This document shows positions 15,975 to 23,690 of a stretch of DNA of 38,298 bases, one piece after another. A program made the translations under genes and the position numbers. Positions within the stretch are counted from its first letter, which is position 1; each line of letters starts with the position of its first letter. The notes beneath the pieces are model-generated. The model did not search any database and had not been told where the DNA came from. It saw only the letters and a program-made list of their open reading frames with translations. The DNA is from a virus. Location of the stretch: the IMG/VR virus record IMGVR_UViG_3300040801_000896, positions 1 to 38,298 of that record; one strand, written 5' to 3'.

Positions 15975-17663
15975 ATGGCGGACCCCGAAATTTCAGTTTC
16001 AAATCCTTTTTATTCTGCCTACTCCGGGACGGACCTTGAATATGCTTTAGGGATGGCTCCCATTCTTGCGGCAAGGAAAGCCGATAAGGACGGTAGTAAC
16101 CTTGATGTTGGGAGCATCTCACTTGTCAGCCTTGCTACGGATGTGATTGCGGCAATCGGCGGGGGTAATGACCCTGCCAATTTCCTTGGGAACGTGTCCG
16201 CCCTTTCTGATGACCTTGAAGACCCTGCAACTAGTTCGGGCAAGTGGTATTTTGTTGAGGGGGTTAGCGGAACTATGACCGGAACAAACCCACCTTCTAG
16301 CAGTGTGGAGGATGGTGGATACATCTACAGCAATGGTGCGGCATGGCTTGTGAGGGCTGCAAGTCCTTCTGTTTTAGCAGATGGGCAGATTGCAAAGGCC
16401 AAACTTTCAACCGCCCTTCAAGGTGGTGCTTCTGAGGTTGACGACAGTTACACCGGGGCTTGGAAGCTTATGGATAAAAGCGGACGGCTTTTGTTGGAAG
16501 TGGATTCCACCGGGAAAGTTCAATGTGACCTTGATTTCTCCTCCGTGGATGCCATGGAGGAGGGGAACGAAAGTGAATTTGTAATTGAGGATCTATCCGG
16601 GAAAGTGCTCCTTAAATTTGACGCAACGGGGGCTTTAGTTTGGCCCTTGTTAGCCACCCCTTCGGATGTCTCTGCCGCAATTGCGGCAAACGTAAGCCTT
16701 TCAAACTTAGATTCTTCAAAAATTGATTTGGCAACAATCAACGCGACAATTGGTGCCACCCCGATTGATTTTTCAACTACGGCAGTTGGTGATTCCGGAG
16801 CAACCAGTGTTTTGACTGATACAGGTTTTACCCACCCTTCAGTTCTCCATATCCCCGGGGGTTGGAATGGTGCCAAATATTGGTGCGCGTTGACCCCATA
16901 CCCGGGCACAGATGCACAATACGAAAACCCCACCATTTACACATCTGCCGATGGAATCACATGGGCGGAACCTTCGGGGATTTCAAACCCAATCGTTTCT
17001 TCCCCCTCTGGATCCGATTACAACTCTGACACCGAACTTGTGCTTGGCCCCGATGGTTGGCTTTATTGTTTTTATCGGGCTTCCGAAGGTGGGCAACGTC
17101 GATTCAAATATGTCAAATCCCGGGACGGGATTAATTGGTCAACACCGGCAACCCTAATTGCATATTCAATCGGTGTGGCAGACCTACTATCCCCCTCATT
17201 GGTCTATGACAATGGTTGGCATATGTTTGCAGTCAACATGTTGGCCCCAACGGCAACGGGTGAGTATTATACAAACTATGCCATTGAACGCTATTATTCT
17301 CCCGATTTGGTGACATGGAGTACCCCGGAAATTGTCTCTGTATCCGGACGCCCTTGGGGAACATCACAAGAGCCTTGGCATTTGGCTATCCGTAAGGTTG
17401 GGGCGGCTTGGTTGATGCTCCTTTGCACTTGCAATAATGGCACTAGTGGGAGTTCGGGGCAACTTTTCTTTGGTAAATCCGGGAGCGGGTGGAGTTGGAA
17501 TTTTCAAGATTCAGCATATGGGGGACTATCTAGTGCATATCGCTCTTGTTTCAACGTCACTAGTATCAACAATGACAGTTTGGGTCTCTCCATTCTACGT
17601 GCATCGACCGCTAGTGGATGGCAGATTTTTCAAGATACCGCTACTTTTAACCTCAGTGAATAA
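15975..17663 (+). CDS. Tail fibre / receptor-binding protein with a beta-propeller-like (Asp-box-like) C-terminal region
   Basis: 562 aa. Three motifs resemble BNR/Asp-box repeats: SADGITW, SRDGINW and SPDLVTW. The nucleotide composition differs from the rest of the genome. Confidence 0.6.
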   Translation: MADPEISVSNPFYSAYSGTDLEYALGMAPILAARKADKDGSNLDVGSISLVSLATDVIAAIGGGNDPANFLGNVSALSDDLEDPATSSGKWYFVEGVSGTMTGTNPPSSSVEDGGYIYSNGAAWLVRAASPSVLADGQIAKAKLSTALQGGASEVDDSYTGAWKLMDKSGRLLLEVDSTGKVQCDLDFSSVDAMEEGNESEFVIEDLSGKVLLKFDATGALVWPLLATPSDVSAAIAANVSLSNLDSSKIDLATINATIGATPIDFSTTAVGDSGATSVLTDTGFTHPSVLHIPGGWNGAKYWCALTPYPGTDAQYENPTIYTSADGITWAEPSGISNPIVSSPSGSDYNSDTELVLGPDGWLYCFYRASEGGQRRFKYVKSRDGINWSTPATLIAYSIGVADLLSPSLVYDNGWHMFAVNMLAPTATGEYYTNYAIERYYSPDLVTWSTPEIVSVSGRPWGTSQEPWHLAIRKVGAAWLMLLCTCNNGTSGSSGQLFFGKSGSGWSWNFQDSAYGGLSSAYRSCFNVTSINNDSLGLSILRASTASGWQIFQDTATFNLSE

Positions 17664-17668
17664 AACAA

Positions 17669-18592
17669 ATGGGAATTATCTTACGGCTTCCAAACAATGT
17701 TTCTGACCCAACCGACCGGCTGCCAGTCAACACCCCCCTAGGTCTTACTAGCGCCCAAGTTGGTAACTATTACTATGACATGAAAGAGGCAGGCTATGAC
17801 CTTGACTTAACACAATTTAATGCCCTAACGGCGTTTTGGGCCGCGATTAAAGCGGCGGGTGAGGAAGATAACCTGATTGAAGTTTACCCATTCATTGGGA
17901 CAACCTTTGCCCAAGCTTGCATCAAGTTTAAGGGGGGTGTTGCGGACCAAGCGTTGGTTGCTGTAAATGGGACGGACCTGACCGATTTTGAAGTTTCTTC
18001 CGGTGAAATTCTTGGGTTTGATGACCGGACGTATGCCGGGTCTTCAAGCCGGATGCTTGACCCGGGTGTTACCGGTTCGGACCTTTCATCCGGAATTGGT
18101 GTCCTAGCATACATTGATACCTCAACCATGACCTTTGGTTTGACAGGCAGCGCAAATGACCGGGTTTTAGCTGGCGCGTCCCTTGATGCAACAGCTAGCC
18201 GTCAACTCATCATTGGCTATCGCTATAATGATGACCTTGGCAATGGATATTCCCGTTACAGTTACCGGTATACTGCCGCCACAACATTCCACCAACTGTC
18301 AAACCCCAATGTCTCCGGTGTCTTTCACTCGTTTGCAACCCCTGACCCGGAAAATGCTGAAACGTGGATTGATGGGAGTTTGGAGGGTGGGCCAAGCGCC
18401 TATACTGAGGACACAACATCCTTGGCCCGACCAATTTATATTATGGGCAAATCCCCCTTTAGTGGGTCAGTGAATACCGGGTTTAATGGCAAATGTAGAT
18501 TTTTGGCCCTTACAAATGGTCAGGAAACCCAAGGGGCGGCGATTGCTACGGCACTTACTACCCTTATGGCTGCCCTTGGAAGAACCTTTTAA
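17669..18592 (+). CDS. Second fibre-associated protein (possibly lectin-like beta-sandwich)
   Basis: 307 aa with clean ORF boundaries and the same atypical composition as the preceding gene. No motif recognised. Confidence 0.55.
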   Translation: MGIILRLPNNVSDPTDRLPVNTPLGLTSAQVGNYYYDMKEAGYDLDLTQFNALTAFWAAIKAAGEEDNLIEVYPFIGTTFAQACIKFKGGVADQALVAVNGTDLTDFEVSSGEILGFDDRTYAGSSSRMLDPGVTGSDLSSGIGVLAYIDTSTMTFGLTGSANDRVLAGASLDATASRQLIIGYRYNDDLGNGYSRYSYRYTAATTFHQLSNPNVSGVFHSFATPDPENAETWIDGSLEGGPSAYTEDTTSLARPIYIMGKSPFSGSVNTGFNGKCRFLALTNGQETQGAAIATALTTLMAALGRTF

Positions 18593-18601
18593 CCCCCCTA
18601 A

Positions 18602-18799
18602 ATGACCATGCGCAAAATTATTCTGTTTGCCTTCCTTGCCCTCTCCCTTGGGGGTTGTGTCAACCGTCCGGCGGAAATGCCCCGGGAAGAGCCTTCCTTG
18701 ACTGCCCAAGGGCTTGTTGAGGTTTACGGGGAGGACTTCACCCAATGGCCCCAAGGGGCAATTGTGGAGTATTTGAAAGCGGTTGAGGCTGGACGATGA
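18602..18799 (+). CDS. Small lipoprotein, 65 aa
   Basis: Signal peptide with lipobox: MTMRKIILFAFLALSLGG|C. Confidence 0.7.
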   Translation: MTMRKIILFAFLALSLGGCVNRPAEMPREEPSLTAQGLVEVYGEDFTQWPQGAIVEYLKAVEAGR

Positions 18800-19308
18800 A
18801 GGCGGCGGGACTCTTCCTTCTTTTTCTTCTCCTTCTTTCGGGTTGCAATACCACCAAGACGGATGGGGGCGGGGCTTCCCAAGCCCTCCATGAAGCGGGG
18901 AAGGTCATTGCCGCCCAAACTGTTCAAGCCCCGGAGAACCCGGCAACGGTCACCAAATCAACTTTGCGGGAAGTGGAGACCACAACCCCCCAAGAGTTGG
19001 GGCCCCCGGTTGTAACCCGGACCCGGGAAAGTTTCATTGAGATTGGGGCGGCACAAGACTTAGCTAAGATTCTTTCTATTGTGGGGTCCGCCAAGCAAGC
19101 CAAGGGGGTTGCAGTTGGTCTCTGCCTTTTGCTTTGGGCTTTCATTGCCTACCGGAAGGGCAACCCCATTATCGCGGCGGTTTGTGCAACCGGGGCGGCT
19201 TGCTCCTTCTTTTGGCTTTGGTGGGTGGGGCTTTTTGCCGCCTTGGTGGCGGTCCTCATGTTCGTTGCCTTCCGCTTGGGGGTTTACGAAAACCCTCTTG
19301 TCAAATAG
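18796..19308 (+). CDS. Lipoprotein with C-terminal transmembrane segments (u-spanin-like topology)
   Basis: N-terminus MKAAGLFLLFLLLLSG|C (lipobox). The C-terminal hydrophobic stretches are VAVGLCLLLWAFIAY, IIAAVCATGAACSFFWLWWVGLFAALVAVLMFVAF. ATGA overlap with the upstream ORF. Confidence 0.7.
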   Translation: MKAAGLFLLFLLLLSGCNTTKTDGGGASQALHEAGKVIAAQTVQAPENPATVTKSTLREVETTTPQELGPPVVTRTRESFIEIGAAQDLAKILSIVGSAKQAKGVAVGLCLLLWAFIAYRKGNPIIAAVCATGAACSFFWLWWVGLFAALVAVLMFVAFRLGVYENPLVK

Positions 19309-19389
19309 TCCAAGACCCCAAATTGGGGGAGCATTGACCCCCCAAAAGGGGTATTGCAAAGGGGACCCGGAGATGTGGAAAATGATTGT

Positions 19390-19818
19390 ATGACAACAGT
19401 CTCTTCCGCAAAAAGGTTAGTTATGGAAACCTTCCGGGAATATTCCGTCAAACAGTTGACCGTCCCCCTCCTTCTGTTTATCTCCGCCTTGATTGTCACC
19501 AACGGTGCAACATGGACCATCCGTTCTTGGTTCAATGATGGGGCAGACGTTCGGAAGGAACTGCGAACAATCATCCTGCGGCTTGACCAAGCAACAGAAC
19601 TTGCCCGGTCCAATGCTCTTGCGATCGAACTTTTGCAGAAGCAAACTGAAGACAGATACACCTTTTCGATGCGGATTTCAGAATACCAAGAAGAACAGAT
19701 TGTTTTGCTGCGGGAAGGGCGAATTGAAGAGGCGGCAACCCGGATGGACCCAAGGATAATTTTCCCTTTTATGGTTGTCAGTTCCAACGGGTTGGAGAAA
19801 AAAAGGGGCCCGGACTAA
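19390..19818 (+). CDS. Single-pass membrane protein with a coiled-coil ectodomain (i-spanin-like or holin-like; ORF-track start 19354)
   Basis: MTTVSSAKRLVMETFREYSVKQ, then TM LTVPLLLFISALIVTNGATW, then a helical segment ELRTIILRLDQATELARSNALAIELLQKQTEDR. Confidence 0.6.
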   Translation: MTTVSSAKRLVMETFREYSVKQLTVPLLLFISALIVTNGATWTIRSWFNDGADVRKELRTIILRLDQATELARSNALAIELLQKQTEDRYTFSMRISEYQEEQIVLLREGRIEEAATRMDPRIIFPFMVVSSNGLEKKRGPD

Positions 19819-20324
19819 TGCCAACCACCCTTGCAGAAGCTTACCGGGAAGCCCTTGCCAGCGTCCCCAAGGATGTTGTCTTGGTGGATACCCTCTCCAT
19901 CGAACACCCAGACCAAGCGACAATTTACTTGGTCAAAGATTTTGCCGATTTCACGGCATATCTTGAGGACGGGGTAACTGAAGTTACTTTTGAAGCCGCT
20001 CATTTTGACTTCCGGATTCCGGGAAAGGATTCAAATGGGGTTCCGGAACTTCAAGTCACCATCGGGAATGTTGACCGCCGGGTTTCGGATTACCTTGAAG
20101 CCGTCAAGCTTTCGGAAGACCCGGTTGAATTGGTCCTCCGCCCATATCTTTCTAACGATACAAGCGGACCCCAAACAACCCCACCCCTTCGCCTCCAACT
20201 CCGGGATGTAAATGTAACCCTCTTTCAAGCAACCGGAAAGGCGGTCTTTGCCAAGGATTTGAAAAATAAGAAGGTCCCAACCCAACGTTACATCCGGAGC
20301 CGGTTTCCCGGTCTTGGCCGATGA
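19818..20324 (+). CDS. Minor tail protein (DUF1833 / gpL-like position)
   Basis: 168 aa immediately upstream of the NlpC/P60 and J-like genes. The segment VVLVDTLSIEHPD...IYLV is reminiscent of DUF1833 proteins. Confidence 0.6.
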   Translation: MPTTLAEAYREALASVPKDVVLVDTLSIEHPDQATIYLVKDFADFTAYLEDGVTEVTFEAAHFDFRIPGKDSNGVPELQVTIGNVDRRVSDYLEAVKLSEDPVELVLRPYLSNDTSGPQTTPPLRLQLRDVNVTLFQATGKAVFAKDLKNKKVPTQRYIRSRFPGLGR

Positions 20325-20737
20325 AGCCGGGGGAATGGGTTTTGCCCGTCTTGAACAAGCCTTGGAAGCTTGGCGGACGGGGCCCGGAAGAGTTTGATTG
20401 CTTCGGGCTCTTGCTTTGGGTCAAGCGGGTTTACTTCGGGGAGGACATCCCGGACTTCCAAAGCCCCGGCAAGGTGGATATTCGGGCCTTTGTGCGGCTT
20501 TTTGAGGACGGGCGGGGCCAAGGATGGGAAAAGGTCGAAAAGCCCCTTGAGGGGTCCGCCGTTGCCCTTGGGAAGCGCAACCGGATTCACCATTGCGGGA
20601 TCTTCACAACGGCGGACCGGGGCTTGGTAGTCCATGCTTCTGATGGGGCAAGGGTAAGGGCCCAAAACCTCCGCCAATTGAGGGTTGAAGGTTGGGGGTT
20701 GATTGAGTTTTATTCCTTCAAGTCACCATGCCCTTGA
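20321..20737 (+). CDS. NlpC/P60-family peptidase, tail-tip associated (lambda gpK-like)
   Basis: Catalytic-type motifs FDCFGLLLWV (Cys), HHCGIF and VVHAS (His). 138 aa, upstream of the J-like gene. Confidence 0.8.
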   Translation: MKPGEWVLPVLNKPWKLGGRGPEEFDCFGLLLWVKRVYFGEDIPDFQSPGKVDIRAFVRLFEDGRGQGWEKVEKPLEGSAVALGKRNRIHHCGIFTTADRGLVVHASDGARVRAQNLRQLRVEGWGLIEFYSFKSPCP

Positions 20738-23337
20738 TCCACTTTATCCCCAATTCTTTCAAGCCGGAAGAGAAGGAACTTTGCCAAGCCCCGGAGGGGT
20801 CAACCCTCTTTGATTGGGTCAGGGCCCGGTTCCCGGAGGATGGGGAATTCCCATTACCAACAATCTGTCTTTTGAATGGGGCCCCAGTCCTCCGGGGTGA
20901 ATGGGACAAGCCTTTGAAAGACGGGGATTCCGCCGTCTTTTTCTCTAGTCCGGGGTATGAAGCCGCTTGGGTTGTGATTATCCTTCTTGTTGCGGCTCTT
21001 GCTGCCGCTGTTCTTTTGATGCCCGTTCCCACTGCCCCGGGGAGCATTGGGGACCCTGACCCGGTTTACAGTCTGACCGGGCAACGGAACCAAAACCGCC
21101 TTAACTCGGAAATTGAAGTCCCTTACGGGTTGAACCGCCTTTGGCCCTCCAAAGCCGCCCCGGAATATACCAAGTTCATCAACAATGAACAAGAAATTTA
21201 CATCCTCCTTTGCTTGGGCCAAGGGTATTACGACACCGCCGGGGCAACGGTCCAAATTGAGGATACAGAGATTTCCAACTTCGATGACATCACCCATGAA
21301 TTTTATTCCCCGGGGGATGATGTAACCCTTTTCCCGGACAACGTGGAAATCTCTGGAGAGGTTGGGAATATTGAACTTTTTGGGCCCAATGAACCGGAAT
21401 ATGATTCTTGGGTTGGTCCATATGCGGCAAACGCTTCCGGAACAGACACAACCAAACTTGAACTTGATTTGGTCTTTCCGGCGGGGCTTTACTTTGCGGG
21501 GGACTCCGGGGACCTTACCGCCAAGACCGTTACCGTTTCCATTGAATACCGGGAGATTGATGATACCGGGGCCCCTGTTGGGGTGGGAACTTATACCGCC
21601 GTTGCCTTTTCCAAGACGCTTGCCACCAACACCCCCCAGCGGTTCACAACCTCAATTGCCGTTGCTTCCGCCCGGTATGAAGTTCAGGTCCGGCGGACAA
21701 ACAACACCGAAACAGACACAAGCAAGACCCACCGGACCCAAGAGGCAATCCATTGGGTTGCCCTCCGGGCTTTCCTCCCTTCGACCAAGGACTATGGGGA
21801 TGTAACCCTCTTGGCAATCCGGGCCCGGGCTTCAAACAATCTCAACAATAGCAGTTCAAACCGGGTCAATGTAATTACAACCCGGAAACTCCCCATTTGG
21901 GATTCGGGGACGGAAACTTGGTCCGCCCCAACGGTTACCCGTTCCTTGGTTTGGGCTTTCTGCGATGCCCTCCGGGCGGAATATGGGGGGCGGCTTCCGG
22001 ACACTTACTTGGACCTTGCGACATTGGACGCTTTGAATACGGACCTTGAAGCCGCCGGGGAGAACTTTGACTTCGTTTTTGACAAAGCAATGTCTCTTTG
22101 GACCATGTTGACCACCATTGCCCGGGCGGGGAATTGCCTTCCGATTGTTTCCGGCTCTCAAATCTCCATGACCATTGACGAGGTCAAGACAGTCCCAACC
22201 GCCCTTTTTTCCAAAGAGAATATGGTTGAGGGGTCTTTTTCCAAAGACTTCAAACTTTGGACCGATGACGAATACGATGGGGTTGAGGTGGAGTTTATTG
22301 ATGGGACCACCTATGCAACGGAAACGGTCCTTTGCCTTGTGGGGGATGATGTTGGGGACAACCCCCAACAAATCAAATTGCCCGGGGTGACTGACCGGGC
22401 CCGGGCTTGGCGGGTTGGAATGAGGGTCCGGGAAGCCACCAAGCGGAGGCGGGGAGGGGTCCGGTTCTCGACCGGGCTTGAAGGTCATATCCCCAACTTC
22501 AATGATTTGATTTTTGTTTCCCATGACCTCCCCCAATGGGGACAATCCGGGCGGGTTGTCTCTATTTCCGGGACTTCAATTATCGTGGACAATGAACTTG
22601 ATTGGTCCGCCGGGGGAACCTTCAAAATTGCCTTCAGAACGCTCTTAGGGGAAGAGTTGGGACCTTTCACTGTGACAGAGGGGGCGGATGCTTTCACGGC
22701 GGAAATGGGGGCCCCCTTGAGTGCCCCAAGCCTTGCCCTCCTTGCCAGTGGGGACAATGTTGAACCGCCTATTTATGCTTTCGGGGTCGAATCAGGGTTG
22801 GGGGCTTACTGCCGGGTTGTTTCGGTCAATCATGGCGGTGGGGAGCAAGTGGACATTGAAGCTATTGAAGATGATGCAACCATTTATTCCCATGACGCTG
22901 AGAGCCCACCGGCGGCGGTAACCGGAAGCCTTCCCGCCAAGGTAGCGGACCTCCCAACGGTGACCGGGCTTTCCGTCCGGGACATCCCTTCAAGGACCCC
23001 CATTTCCCAAGCAACTTGGAACCCTGCCCTTGGGGCAACTTCTTACGTTGTCCAAGGGTCTTTCAATGGAACGGATTGGTCCGTCCTTGGGGTGACAAGC
23101 CAAAATTTCTTGAACTTCACCGTTGCCCCCGGAAATTACTATGTCCGGGTTGCCGCCATCAATGTTGGGCAAGGCCCTTGGACAACTGCTTGGTCCGGGA
23201 CTGTAGGGGACACAAGTGGGATTGATACTTCCGGGGTCCTCATCATTCCCCCCACTTCGGGGGAAGCTATGGAAGCCAACCAATTTATCATTCAAGACAA
23301 GGCTTACCTTGATTTGTTAGGGTTATATCAGCCATGA
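20728..23337 (+). CDS. Host-specificity / central tail tip protein (gpJ-like) with an N-terminal gpI-like beta-grasp segment and a C-terminal FN3-like domain
   Basis: 869 aa. The N-terminus ...ICLLNGAPVLRGEWDKPLKDGDSAVFFSSPGY plus a hydrophobic helix resembles lambda tail protein I. The C-terminus ATWNPALGATSYVVQGSFNGTDWSVLG...YYVRVAAIN is FN3-like. Confidence 0.8.
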   Translation: MPLIHFIPNSFKPEEKELCQAPEGSTLFDWVRARFPEDGEFPLPTICLLNGAPVLRGEWDKPLKDGDSAVFFSSPGYEAAWVVIILLVAALAAAVLLMPVPTAPGSIGDPDPVYSLTGQRNQNRLNSEIEVPYGLNRLWPSKAAPEYTKFINNEQEIYILLCLGQGYYDTAGATVQIEDTEISNFDDITHEFYSPGDDVTLFPDNVEISGEVGNIELFGPNEPEYDSWVGPYAANASGTDTTKLELDLVFPAGLYFAGDSGDLTAKTVTVSIEYREIDDTGAPVGVGTYTAVAFSKTLATNTPQRFTTSIAVASARYEVQVRRTNNTETDTSKTHRTQEAIHWVALRAFLPSTKDYGDVTLLAIRARASNNLNNSSSNRVNVITTRKLPIWDSGTETWSAPTVTRSLVWAFCDALRAEYGGRLPDTYLDLATLDALNTDLEAAGENFDFVFDKAMSLWTMLTTIARAGNCLPIVSGSQISMTIDEVKTVPTALFSKENMVEGSFSKDFKLWTDDEYDGVEVEFIDGTTYATETVLCLVGDDVGDNPQQIKLPGVTDRARAWRVGMRVREATKRRRGGVRFSTGLEGHIPNFNDLIFVSHDLPQWGQSGRVVSISGTSIIVDNELDWSAGGTFKIAFRTLLGEELGPFTVTEGADAFTAEMGAPLSAPSLALLASGDNVEPPIYAFGVESGLGAYCRVVSVNHGGGEQVDIEAIEDDATIYSHDAESPPAAVTGSLPAKVADLPTVTGLSVRDIPSRTPISQATWNPALGATSYVVQGSFNGTDWSVLGVTSQNFLNFTVAPGNYYVRVAAINVGQGPWTTAWSGTVGDTSGIDTSGVLIIPPTSGEAMEANQFIIQDKAYLDLLGLYQP

Positions 23338-23690
23338 GCAATGCAGCATTTGCAACAATGACCACTGCGGAAAGAATTTCCCGGAAATGGAATCCGCATG
23401 TAAAAATCTGGGATTCGGACCTTGGGGCTTACTTCTCCGGGGATGGGGTAACCTTGGGAGGGGTCCCAACGTCTATTGTTGAGCTTGCGGCGGTTGCGGA
23501 TGTTGATGAAACGGACTTGCCCGGGGATGGTGTCATTGCGGCTTTGACCTTCACGGCAACCCCCACCGGGGCGGAGTGTGAAGCCCTCCGGGCCCAATGT
23601 GAAGCCCTCCGGGATGCTTTGGCGGCAACAAATTCAACAGTAAATACTTTGATTTCCCGGCTTGAGGTGGAAGGGGTTCTTGCAACCTGA
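23334..23690 (+). CDS. Hypothetical tail-associated protein, 118 aa; last gene of the rightward arm
   Basis: ATGA overlap with the J-like gene. C-terminal heptad-like AECEALRAQCEALRDALAATNSTVNTLISRLE. Confidence 0.6.
   Translation: MSNAAFATMTTAERISRKWNPHVKIWDSDLGAYFSGDGVTLGGVPTSIVELAAVADVDETDLPGDGVIAALTFTATPTGAECEALRAQCEALRDALAATNSTVNTLISRLEVEGVLAT

Noticed and set aside
22990-23337. A diversity-generating retroelement targeting the C-terminal FN3-like region of the tip protein.
   Set aside because: There is no reverse transcriptase gene, and no template/variable repeat pair was seen anywhere in the genome.
23575-23611. A 16-nt direct repeat, tgtgaagccctccggg, occurring twice 21 nt apart.
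   Set aside because: It corresponds to a duplicated heptad (CEALRA/CEALRD) in a coiled-coil-like C-terminus and is most simply a coding repeat.
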